Source: Patellaria atrata CBS 101060 (lineage: Eukaryota). Taken from it: a DNA stretch of 64,000 bases. Positions 38,868 to 50,506 of the stretch are shown in pieces; position 1 is the first letter of the stretch, and every line of letters starts with the position of its first letter. The stretch is from contig MU006101.1 of the NCBI GenBank assembly GCA_010093705.1, positions 124,001-188,000 of the forward strand, in the 5' to 3' direction. The position numbers were made by a program, and so were the translations under genes. The notes under the pieces are model-generated. The model was not told the origin of the DNA. It worked only from the letters and a program-made list of their open reading frames with translations, and ran no database searches.

Positions 38868-40271
38868 TCATCATTGGTATGACTCTTAACACGCCTACAG
38901 AGGTAGAGCTGAATGGTGAGGGAAGGCGGAATGAGGGTGATTGAAGGGAAGGAATCCTTAAACTTTAGGGGGATAGTGTACAGTACAATAATAGGATTGG
39001 GGGTAGGATGAGTGATATGACAAGCTCACACCAACATCTGCTTTGTAAACGGGTGTTTTGGCGCATGAGAATATGAAAAAGATAGAGATATAGACATAAG
39101 GAATCATACCCTAAACAGGACGCCTTGGAACTATTCAGTGCAAACAATCGCAGGATTTGAAACAATTCGGTGTACTCTTAGTTAGGGACTAAGCTTAGTG
39201 TTATGCTGAAGCTACTCATTCTCGATGAGATTATCGGAATCGGTAGATGACTAATGTCTATATGATTGATTGTAGTATATAGTCGTGAACCATTAGTATA
39301 TTCTGTGTCTCCTGTAAAGTCGGGTTGGAATTCCTCGGGTTAGTATACAGTGAGCGAAGCATGCATGTCACGAGAAGACGAATCAGGAAGTAGTAGAAAG
39401 GGTTCTGCTAAGTGGAAATCTCAGATGAACTGTTCCATTACTCAGGATGGTAAAGATCTAATAAGGTAGGTAGATTAATTGACGTGAAGTTTTCTGGATA
39501 CTTTCTTATCGATAAGGAAAGGACGCTATCCTCAATTCCGCCATCCTCCTACTAGTATGTGGTACTCTGAATCAGGGCATATAAACTAGGAATTGGGTAC
39601 AGTTCAGTAATCAGTGAGCCTGTGCGTCGAACGGTGACCGTGCAATTCATCTAAGCTGAGAATTTCTTTTTTTCTAATTTTTTTGTTCTCAGTTAGATTC
39701 CAGTCTTTCGCATTTTGATTATCTTATAGCACAGTTACTAATGCAGGACTAGTCCTATCTTTGGTGTTATCGCTTCCTAAATCTAGCCGATAATTAGACA
39801 CACTAGTAGCTTGGCCCGCATTAGTGATTGTGCTGCAAGGCGAGAATACTCGTATACGGTACTCTGAGGTGTAGTTCCACAGTACAAGAATTTTAGAAGC
39901 TTTCTCCCTATGTATCAAGATACCGTTCAAAGTTTCGTCTCCAACTACCCAGCTTCGTGGCATCTATCGTTCTCGCACTACCGCAGTACTAATACTAGTC
40001 AAAACGCGCCCCATCAACCTTTCGTTTGCGAGGTGCAACTTCCAGCTGCGTATCATACGAAGCTGTCTCAAGGGTCAACATTAGAACCAAGAGAACTCTG
40101 AAGACCGTCCAACTCAATTTGTCGGCAGCAATACCACGTGGAACACTTTCTTCATATCGATATCTGGGCGACCGACCTCAGCGATCGTTTAGATCTTTGG
40201 ACACTAGCCCAAGGAGATCCTAGAGCCAACCACACCTCCAAATCTATCGCACGCTTCGATTTAACGTTACG

Positions 40272-40690
40272 GATGACTGGACTAAATAAAATGACTGGAC
40301 TGTATAAAATGACTGGACTGTATAAAATGACTGGACTGTATAAAATGACTGGACTGTATAAAATGACTGGACTGTATAAANNNNNNNNNNNNNNNNNNNN
40401 NNNNNNNNNNNNNNNNNNNNNNNNNNNNNNNNNNNNNNNNNNNNNNNNNNNNNNNNNNNNNNNNNNNNNNNNNNNNNNNNNNNNNNNNNNNNNNNNNNNN
40501 NNNNNNNNNNNNNNNNNNNNNNNNNNNNNNNNNNNNNNNNNNNNNNNNNNNNNNNNNNNNAATGACTGGACTGTATAAAATGACTGGACTGTATAAAATG
40601 ACTGGACTGTATAAAATGACTGGACTGTATAAAATGACTGGACTGTATAAAATGATTGGAGTATACAAATCAACTGGATTGAAGAATTGA
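40272..40690. repeat. 18-bp minisatellite (AATGACTGGACTGTATAA)n interrupted by a 180-N assembly gap
   Basis: Six copies before the gap (first is a variant), about five after, then degenerate copies AATGATTGGAGTATACAA and ATCAACTGGATTGAAGAA. Confidence 0.97.
40381..40560. other. Assembly gap (N run) inside the minisatellite
   Basis: 180 consecutive N. Confidence 1.
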
Positions 40691-40979
40691 CCTTCCACCG
40701 TACGAATTGCCGTGACAATGTAAAAACGGTGGGTGATGAATGCATTCGAACCCAATAGGAACCACTGAACATACAGCAACTATATAACATTTGAGAGGTA
40801 TGGAGCGGCAAGAAAGAGACTCCACTATCTCACTACAGTTTATGTTCATGATTGTTTAGGGATATAGAGACAGTAACATCTCTCAGACGCAAAATGAACC
40901 TTTAGACCTTTAAGTCTCGTTTCGATTTCTATCTCATATCTCAGTCATCATATCAGGCCATCGTCCTTATGGAGAACTT

Positions 40980-41687
40980 TCACATTGACGCCTTCAACAT
41001 TCCAAAGGCATTCTTCTGCGCTCCCAAAAACCGCTCCTCCGCCACTTTCCAGTTAATGACGCTCCAGATCTCCTTCACATAGTCCGCTTTCACGTTGTTG
41101 TACTGCAGATAGTACGCATGCTCCCACATATCGACGCCAAAGACGGGCACCAGTCCTGCTTCGACAACAGGGTCCTGGTCTTTCGTTGTCATGATGCGGA
41201 GGTCATTCTTACCCTCCTCCTTGACCAGCCAACCCCAACCACTACCCTGGATGCCAAGCAGCTGCGTATTGAATGCTGACTTGAACGTTTCCATGTCCCC
41301 CCACTTCTTGTTGATTGCGGAAGTAAGTTGGGGCGCGGCTGATGACTTCGCATCTGGTGAAGAGGGTGGAGAAAGGTTGAGCCAGAAGAGAGAGTGGTTG
41401 ATATGACCACCGGCGTTGAAGCGGATGGCGGGCTGTAGAGCCACTTGAGTGGTGATGTCGGAGGTGCTGACGGCGGTGGAGAGTTTGCCGAGAGCAGCGT
41501 TCAAGTTGGTGATATAGGTCTGGTGGTGCTTGGTATGGTGGAGAGTCATGATCTGGGCTGAGATGTGGGGTTCGAGAGCCTGGGGAGATATTAGTGGTGT
41601 AAGATTACAAGCCATACTCTAAGAATTGCTTACATCATAGGCATATGGAAGAGGAGGGAGGCTATAGGTCTTTACTTGGGAGGACAT
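40980..41687 (-). CDS. Mn-superoxide dismutase without mitochondrial presequence (cytosolic Sod3-type)
   Basis: Exon 1 MSSQVKTYSLPPLPYAYD, intron 41633-41580, then ALEPHISAQIMTLHHTKHHQTY..FNAGGHINHSLFW..QGSGWGWL..DQDPV..DMWEHAYYLQY. All Fe/Mn-SOD ligands are present with Mn-type signatures. Confidence 0.96.
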
Positions 41688-42004
41688 CTTGGAATCAACC
41701 TGAAGAATAGAGACGAGATGGAGTAGAAGGAATTGATCAGAAGAAGGTCTGAGATGCGTGAAGAAAGAACTGGACGGGAATTGAGGGGTAACAGAGTACG
41801 GTAGGTGGGATGGAGGTCGATGAGAGAAGATTAGAGTACCTTAGGGTTGCAAACGGACCCCGGACGCACCCTGATGGTTCAACAACAGTTCACCTATAAA
41901 ATGCTTCCCATCTGGTTTTATACAGCAGTTCGAAACCTAACAGTCTTTTATAAGCCAGGAAACTGTCATCTTACACTTCTGTTCGCCAAAAGAGGACAAG
42001 AAAC

Positions 42005-42056
42005 ATGCTCATTACACTCAAATTGGCAATCTGCTCTAACTTGCTCAACTAGCTCA
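42005..42056. promoter_or_regulatory. Cluster of GCTC(A)-core motifs resembling Mac1/Cuf1 copper-response elements in a bidirectional promoter
   Basis: ATGCTCA 42005-42011, CTGCTCT 42031-42037, TTGCTCA 42041-42047 and TAGCTCA 42050-42056 lie within 52 bp. The yeast CuRE consensus is TTTGCTCA. Confidence 0.55.
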
Positions 42057-42249
42057 TATCCAGTTTCACAGCCTTTCCGACATTCCCCTAAACCCAATAT
42101 AACTAATATTTCTCCTACTATTATCTCTGAAGGGTATATACCCTCCTACGGAACAGAAATAGTACGATCATCGCACCTTGAATCTCCCAGAACTCCTACC
42201 GCACAAACCCCTGGTTCTACCAATACACATCTACACCAGAAAGACGACA

Positions 42250-42838
42250 ATGTGCAACGGCCACAGCAGCCGCACATCCAAAGGCGGCGCAGTCGCAATC
42301 CTAAATATCCCCTTCCACCAAAAAATAAGCAGTAGGAGCAATCGAGACGAGGAGTTGCAATGCGACATCCTGTTCAACAACCAACCGAGCAGGGATGCAG
42401 ATGACGCTAGTACGCCGATCCGGGACGGCCCGACGGGAGCAACGTTGAGGTTCCGGAACTCCCCGCCGAAGGAAGGGACAACGGATCGGTGGTGGGTGCT
42501 GATACAGTGAGTTGTTCATTATTTTTAGGTTTTCTGTTATTGTTATGTTGTTCTTGTGAGTGTGGAGTGGTGACGAATGGGCTGATCCTCGCAGTCGCGA
42601 TGGCGATCTTAGAAACTCGGGTGTCCCAGATCCGCACCCGTTCTACTCTTTTCCGATTCTGTCGGCATCTCCAACACTTTCTCGGGAAAGCGGGAGTATG
42701 GAGAGAGCAGTAACCGTGCCGGATGCTTTAGATCTGAGTGTTGGCGGAAAGGGGATTATTGGACGGAGAGTCTCGGTTGTGAGGGACCTGAAGGGAAAGG
42801 GGGAGACGCTGATGGAGGGGATCATTGGGTACAATTGA
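42250..42838 (+). CDS. 166-aa Cu/Zn-SOD-fold-like protein lacking most metal-ligand histidines
   Basis: ATG at 42250 (MCNGHS..GAVAIL). Intron 42507-42594 (GTGAGT..GCTGAT..CAG) creates WWVLIHRDGDL (cf. SOD1 GFHIHEFGD). The C-terminus LDLSVGGKGIIGRRVSV..EGIIGYN resembles SOD1 IIGRTVVV..CGVIG. Confidence 0.75.
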
Positions 42839-43791
42839 TCCTCTCTTGGTTCGTATTATCATTGGTCGGGGGACTGGAGTTCTGGGGGTGGGCAAAGCGG
42901 GAAAAGACATACTGGCGTTCTATATGAGTTAGATCAAGGGTTTGTACGGTTCCGTTAAATTAGAGGTCTTCTTCTTCGGAAATTCGATTTCACTGACATA
43001 GCCGGGAAGAGTACGAGGATGATTCATGCACATGTCTTGCGCTAATCAACTTCCCTATTGCTGATATTCATATCCACTCCTTGTCATTTCGAATCCTTGA
43101 CCGGAACGATAGAATAGATTCATATCTATTCAGTCTTGTGTCACGGTTCGCCTTCCCCAACTGTGGTATCGCTTGCTATAGATATTACGGGATAAAATCG
43201 CATCTAGCTCCCGTTTATTTCTTATGTGTTTTCTGTGCCGCGAAGACGCCCATGTTTTCAATCAATTATGACCAACAAGGTAGCAATGTCCCGAGAAGTC
43301 GGATGTCAAGGTCCACATTCATGATGAGGGGAAAGAAAGATTGGATAAGCATTGCCCTAAATCACTTTTATTTTGTGTCTGCAGCTATCTTGAGATCGCA
43401 GGGAAGTTTAGTGTGTGAAGGAGATAGTGAACGGATTTTTGTGAAGTCACTTAGTCTCTCCAAAATCGTGGTGCAAGATCCAGCATGGTGAAGAAGTGTA
43501 GCCTGACCAAATGCGCTAAGATGTGTGCCAGGTCCACTCAATAAACATTTTGGGAAGGATAAGGGATGGTGAGAGTCGAAGAACTAGTATATGGAGAGTT
43601 GAAGAAGGTGCACATGACCACTATGAGAGGAGGATCAGTATAGAAGATGCGACTTCATTGAGGTAGAGGTGCTAGTAGAATTATGTTGCTGAGTATAAGG
43701 CTGTTATTTTCTGTGATGGACAAGCCGACTTTCCATGGTCACCGAATTCTAGTTCTACAGTGTGAGATGGGAAACTGTAATGTTCCACTCA

Positions 43792-44709
43792 CTACTTATT
43801 AATATTCGAATCGTAAACTGCCCAGCTAGGAGAAACCCACTCCTCACCTTGCTCGTCCTTGTTGGCCGCTACAATCTCTTGGAGAGGCTCGTTCGCCTTG
43901 GAGAAATCCTTGCGACCACATCCTCGAAGCTTCCGGAAGTCACATTTAACATTGATAGAGGGCGGAATTTCTCGCAAGAATCGTCTAATCAGGGACTCGC
44001 ACCATACTCGGAGGTGTGATAACTCCCTTGTGTATATCTCGTCGGATGACTCCTTCGAGACAGCGGATGGTATATTTCCGAAAAGAAGTGATTCGGTATA
44101 CATGGCCGCTGGTGGATCGAGCAGGAAGTGAACTATCCTAAGATTTGTCGTGGCAACCATCACATCGAAAATATCCACCCTTGTTGAACCACATGGGTTC
44201 CACAGGAGTCGATTGGCGAAAAGTGCGATCATCAAGCGAGTAACAAGTTTCAGGTCAAACTTGAATCGAGAAATATGGTTGGCACGAGAACAGTAAGTCT
44301 GGAAACCGAGACGATTTTCCATGTCGAGAATGATTTTGTTTCCGTAGATAGATTGGTATATTTCTTCCAAGGAGACGACAGCTATTGGCAATGCCTGGTA
44401 ATGCTTTAGGAGGCAAGGAGCAAGTAATGCTCCGACTACTGCCGGTGCAGATTCGAGCATAATCCGTGGCATACTTGTGAAGCTTTCTCTTAGTAAGAAT
44501 GCGGAAGAGGAACTCGTAAATCATCAAACGGATTTCAGCAGGAAGATCGAGGAAGCGAAGAGGCCGTCAGGAACTTGCCTACATATCAAATAAGCACAAC
44601 CACCTCTATCTTACTTGAAGGATAGAAGAAAGGAGTATATAACGTACGGTTTAGTTTTAGCTCTAGGCTTTCGTACACGAGGCACTTTAGTCACAGCTCC
44701 TGCTGGCAT
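43792..44709 (-). pseudogene. Probable pseudogene of an 'FLDLPAEIR' (F-box-like) fungal protein
   Basis: Exon 1 MPAGAVTKVPRVRKPRAKTKP and intron 44647-44579. The FLDLPAEIRLMIYEFLF..GIANSCRLL segment is out of frame with both exon 1 and the downstream EEIYQSIYGN.. ORF, implying shifts near 44555 and 44368. Confidence 0.6.
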
Positions 44710-45457
44710 TGCAATCTTCTAGATTTGGATGGATGTTAGATGGAGGAAAGAAGGTTGAGAAGGCACGAATGAAGTTTATAAAATGAATCCCCATGCTACG
44801 GTTGCTGATCCAACGACTGCTCGTTTGATCATACATGATATCGGTAGTCAGAAATGATAAGTTAGTCAGGCCCTGAAGTATACAAACGCAGCGTTCGCTC
44901 ACCCTACCACAGACGAAATTAACCAAGTCGTTTGCAAGACGGGATGAGATCTGAGTTGCAAGACGCGTTGTATTAATTTGTCGACGTAGGAGAGGACTAG
45001 GACATGAATAGTCAAAGGTAGCGAATCAACATTAGAGAAGATAGGAAGCCGGACTTGGTAGGATTTTCATAAGGAAGAGCGTTGACTCTTTCCCTTCTAT
45101 GGGCATTTCTTGGTTACTAAGGGACTTCTCTAGGAAATGTCCTCCCATTCTGCGGTACTCAATGAACTAGACTTGAGGATCGACTGTAATCTATGCACAC
45201 ATAAGTACCATATATCTCTAATAGTCAACCGTGCTTCAAAACGGAGTCCCTGGTGGGATATAACAAGTGTAGTTCTACAGCAACCGACAAGTGCCACTCG
45301 TGATTATGAAAGACCTGTACTCATTTCACCTTGTCTGCAAAATGGAACGTCTCTGTTCGTGCCGAGGTGTCTTATATTAGAATATTCAACACTTTGAAGC
45401 TGAGACTGAAAGCAGGGGACTACGGTAGTGAAGTGGTCAAAGTGGAATGATCGGGTA

Positions 45458-46535
45458 TCAAAGAAAATGGGGATTATTGGCTATAAAAGAGTGGAATGAA
45501 ATTGACCGGCAACGAAAAGACATAGTGGAATTTTCGGGGTTGAAGATGCATGATGAGCCAGAACGACCATGCAAATCCATGGGAAAACAAATGAAGAAAT
45601 GTACAACATCCAGTTCAGTATTTACTCTAGTTCGTGATTCCGAAGCAGCTTGGATGCTACATGGTTTCAATAGGAAGGGAACGTTGTCGTACCAATAGAA
45701 CGTGCTGAATATATTAGACGGATCAGCGCTTATCTGTATTTATGGACGCCCTTGATTTGTACAAGGAAATTTCGAGCTTATCGAAGCTTCCGAATCTTGT
45801 TTTTTAACCAACCTAGGTGTGGCGCAGTAGTGGTTGACGGAGCTATGGTGCAAACACGTACGGCAAGAGAGACACGCCTTGGTTCTCCTTAAGTTATTTC
45901 ACCGCCGCATATGCAAGGCACCAGGTTTCCTATGATCCTATCCGTCGAGGTTCAAGAATCGGGTTGAGTCCTTGTAACATGGATGAATACCAATGGACTT
46001 CAACAGATTTAGAAAACTTGTTCTAGTACGTCAAGGACCCCTTCGCCAATTTTGCCATAGGTCGTAACGTTTGGTATTTGGTGCTTTAATGGTAACGTAA
46101 CGTGAAAACGTTTAAGCCAAGGCGTCGTATTGGTTCATTTCTTTGATATCAATTTCAGTGATTCTATAAGTCGGATGTTCAAATATAAGGTTCAGAGAGA
46201 GATTGACAACTTTCCAGAAGGTTGTTCGAAAGATCGGTCCTCTTGGTAGGGAGAAGTTCAGATAATACATAGAATCGTCGAAGGCGGGATCATCGCCATT
46301 CGACCTTAATGTCGTATGCATAGTGTTAAATGCACAGACGTTGATTGCTGACCAGATGCAGTGTCTCGCCCCGAAGTTCTCGGCATACTTGAGTGATTGC
46401 AAATGGCCGTATACGTTTCTTGAAGTCGACTCCTTACCATGCGCTCTCTTGTATCTGTAACATAATCGTAGATCAAATAGCGGAAGCTCTGCTGGGAGAC
46501 CCAGAAACCGAAATGAAGGTGGTTGGACACTTCTG
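45458..46535 (-). pseudogene. Second, more decayed F-box-like paralogue
   Basis: After an intron acceptor (GCTAAT..CAG, ~46533) it reads PPSFRFLGLPAEL, then a one-base shift, then RYLIYDYVTD. The downstream fragment LLKPCS..NTELDVVHFF resembles LWNPCG..TTNLRIVHFL of the neighbour. Boundaries are approximate. Confidence 0.45.
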
Positions 46536-46803
46536 TTGCATATTAGCGAGAGAAGAACAAATATTTACAAAGTATGTACAGAAGGGAGCCCGGCACCCGC
46601 ACAAATTATAGACACGTGACAAGTTGGGACCTGCAGATTCTATATAACATTTCCTCAATGAGTTCTCAATAACCCGGCTAGCTAGCCGTGTTACCAGTAG
46701 GCTAGCACGATGGCTACGACCCCGTGTTCGATCCTTAGAGGGGGGAAGAAAATGCTCTCAAGCAGATGTACCACACCGTTCCGTAGGGAGCGGGTGGGAA
46801 CTG

Positions 46804-46924
46804 TTTTTCTTTTTTCTTTTTTCTTTTTTCTTTTTTCTTTTTTCTTTTTTCTTTTTTCTTTTTTCTTTTTTCTTTTTTCTTTTTTCTTTTTTCTTTTTTC
46901 TTTTTTCTTTTTTCTTTTTTTTTC
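46804..46924. repeat. Polypyrimidine microsatellite (TTTTTTC)n
   Basis: About 120 bp of near-perfect 7-mer repeats. Confidence 0.95.
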
Positions 46925-47872
46925 CCTTTTAAAAATATATTTATAACGCTACATAGTCACTGGTTTTGCCATACGAAATATGTATGTATAAATAGTACAG
47001 TCTATCATGTATATAAGGATGAAGAGTGGCTAGGAAGTAACCGTATAGTGAATCGGGAATGCTATAAGAGAGCAAAAAATAGGGGGGAGATAAAAAGATC
47101 CTACGGAGAGATTTGGCAGCATGTTCTTAAAAGCGATTGAATATGTAGGCGGATTTGAGTTAGAAGGAACCTTAGTCCTACCCTATTGTCTCGTTCTAAA
47201 GAGGCATTTATTCCCGGTCATAAGGGATACGACAGACTATACCAGATGCACCAAATATTCTCGTACACGTAGACTATAGGATGCTACCGTTACAACTAAA
47301 GATCATGCTAGCTGCTTGATTCCTATATAAGACAAGTCCTATCTACCAACCCACTATACTACTTTTATTTCAACTAGAACATACTCCATATGATTCTGCC
47401 ATCACTAAACCCTCCTTCACGGTTCGGGACCACACAGTAAAGAAAGATTCCTTCCAAGTTGAGTTCAGAGATGCCTTCATCGCGTCCATAATTGTAACAA
47501 GGTTGATGTGCCGAACGCCGCAATCACGCTACCTCTAATCCTTCAAACGCACCACTTAAGCCCGGAGAAGGGAGAGCGCGGAAGTCGGAAAAGAGGACAG
47601 CTCAGGAGGTACACGCTAGGCTTTCATCATCTAGAAATTCGAATTAGTCACGTACTTGAGGATTGAGATGGTATACTCACTTGGTATAAACTTGGAAGGA
47701 TATGAAGAGGAAAAAGAGAATGTGGACGTAGAGGAGATTTCGATGTAGGATGAGGCTTGGCGCACTACTCCTTCTTTAGGAGTAGTGGCAATGGGGTTAA
47801 CGGACGTTTGATCCTCTACTCCAGCATCAGTTCTAAATTTTTTTATCTGATCGAAGATCTGCTAATTAAGGC

Positions 47873-50104
47873 ATGCTGTGCGGTGGGATATCGTCAAGTG
47901 CTTTGTCAAGAGCATCATCTGTGTGGAATACCTACGCTGAAATCTCACGATACGCCAGATCTATAGGTTTGGTAAAGGGGATACCGGGAAGGTCGAGAGC
48001 GAATGCGAAATACTTTTTTCAAAATAGTTCATCCAAATGCCGTCAATTCTTATCCTCAGCAAAATCATTATCGTTAGAAGGGAGTCAATATGCTTTCCTC
48101 AAAAATTACCGAGAAACATGTGTGTACAACCCTTAATATGCTATATTGCTATTCTAACATAAAAAGTCCACTTCTCATCACCAACGTTGGAAGTAAAAGA
48201 TCTCCCTAACTCACAAGTGGGAGATGGAGTCGTCCTACATGGATACTTAGGGAAGAGATCTGACCTTTCTAAAAAATTGTCCTTTGTGACATTACTGAGC
48301 AAGGATCTTTCCCATAGTACCCAAGTTATCTCCATTCGGAATCCAGAACGTAACCATGTGCATGAAAGATTGAAATCTTTAAATGTACATACACCTGTTG
48401 TGATCAAAGGCATCCTGAAGGCCCGGCAGGATCCAAAGGACAAACGTATAATTGACGGGGTAAAACCCGTCCTAGGCGTGGAAGTTGAGCTCCGTGACAT
48501 TCAGTGTCTTAATGAGTTTCCTAGTGACATTGCTATTGAGGATACTATCATACCACCACAACAGCGGCATCTTCAAATTCGAACGGACCATACCATACGA
48601 GACGCTCTAGTATTCCGTGCCAGAACAGCAGCTATCTGCAGAGAGTTCCTTGGGAGATTAGGAGAATCACTTCTAGAAGTTGAAACTCCATTATTGTTCA
48701 AGTCGACTCCTGAAGGTGCTCGGGAATTTCTTGTTCCTACAAGAACTAAGGGACACGCTTATGCTTTACCACAAAGTCCTCAACAGTATAAGCAGATTTT
48801 GATGGCAAGCGGAATACCGGGGTACTATCAGATCGCTCGATGCTTTCGCGATGAGGATCAGAGAGCTGACAGGCAACCAGAGTTTACTCAAGTGAGTTAA
48901 TCTATCCGACTATTGACTTACAGTTTCTGATTTTTACAGCTGGATTTGGAGATCTCATTTGCAGATGGTAAGAAAGTGATGGATTTGATAGAACGTCTTC
49001 TTGCCAGTCTGTGGCAGGAGCAGCTCGGAATCACCATAGACACACCATTTCAGCGAATGTCTTATGAGGAAGCAATGTCAAGATATGGCTCTGATAAGCC
49101 TGATCTTAGGTTTGGAATGGAGGTAGGGTATACATCTATACGATCAAAGTATAATGGCTAACAGCTGATACGAATAGATTTCCCGAATTGAACATCTACT
49201 TCCAGTTGATCTGATTAGCAAAATTGGACCATTAACAGATCCCATTGTCGAAGTATTTAAACTCCATGTATCGGAAAATGCGAGAGAAACTGCTCGTTTC
49301 ATCACAGAATTCATGGACTCATCGCAGTCAGCTCCCTTTCAATCTAACCCCGACGGCCAGCCCGGCATCTTCATTTATGATCCAAGGAAACCGCTTTCTG
49401 GTTTGCAAGCATTTGGATTCGAAGCAGCGGAACGAGTGGAAGAAGACCTAGACCTAATTGATGGAGATCTTGTCGTGATACAAGCTCGAAAACGAGAGCC
49501 ACTGTCGGGCGGCTCCACACCTCTTGGTAACTTACGACTAGCGATCCATAAAGCAGCAGTAGTCAAAGGGCTCATTCCTGTCCCAGAAGGCTTTAAGTTG
49601 CTCTGGGTGACGGATTTCCCTCTGTTCTCTCCTGCAAATGACACCGATCCTGGTCAAGGTGGTGGCGCCGGTCTTTCATCTACACACCATCCGTTCACTT
49701 CTCCTGCGAGTGCCGAAGACATCGATCTACTTCTCACCGATCCGTCGAAAGTCAAAGCGGAACACTACGATATTGTTGTCAATGGCGTAGAGCTTGGTGG
49801 TGGATCGCGACGTATCCACGATGTCAAAGTTCAAGAGTTCATTTTACGTGACGTTCTCAGAATGACGGACGAGAGAATCGAGGACTTCAGACATCTACTG
49901 GAGGTTCTTCGTGCGGGATGTCCGCCACATGCCGGTATTGCTCTGGGTTTCGATCGACTTATCGCAGTGATGCTTGGAAAGGAGACTGTGAGGGATGTAA
50001 TAGCTTTTCCGAAGAGCGGAAAGGGCGAAGATTTGTTAGTCAAGTCCCCGAACAAGGTCACCACGGAGCAATTGAAGACATATCATTTAGAGTTGAAAGA
50101 GTGA
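47873..50104 (+). CDS. MSD1: Mitochondrial aspartyl-tRNA synthetase
   Basis: Arg/Ser-rich N-terminal extension, then EVETPLLFKSTPEGAREFLVP, YALPQSPQQYKQILM, QIARCFRDEDQRADRQPEFTQ/LDLE, YGSDKPDLRF, HHPFT, NGVELGGGSRRIH and PPHAGIALGFDRL. Three introns. Confidence 0.95.
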
Positions 50105-50506
50105 TCGAGACACATTTTTGTATAGTACATTGATCGAGTTTGTAGATAGAGCGAGACGATTGTACCTTTTGTATAGTACCTCTATTCTATACTATACTAC
50201 TGTTCGACTATTGTCCAACATTGACACTTTTCACCAACCCAATATAAAAAGTAAAGGACCGATTCTCAAGAACCTATCTAGCTACATTCAGACCAGATAT
50301 ACAATACTATAATACCTCATAGTGACCGATTTAAAGGCAGACCGTAGACTAGCGCGAGGACCACCAAATCCGGCATAGGGCCGCACGACCCCAAACTCCC
50401 TGCACAAACCCAGACCAAAAGTCGCGCAACAAAGCCAACGACCCCAACATCAACCTCTAACCCTAAACACCATCATCCTCATCCACCTCCCTCCCCGAAA
50501 CGCAAA

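Noticed and set aside
40272..40660. Repeat array as a CRISPR
   Set aside because: Units are contiguous with no unique spacers, and the context is eukaryotic.
46710..46946. 78-aa ORF with a poly-Phe 'TM-like' stretch
   Set aside because: Translation artefact of the (TTTTTTC)n microsatellite.
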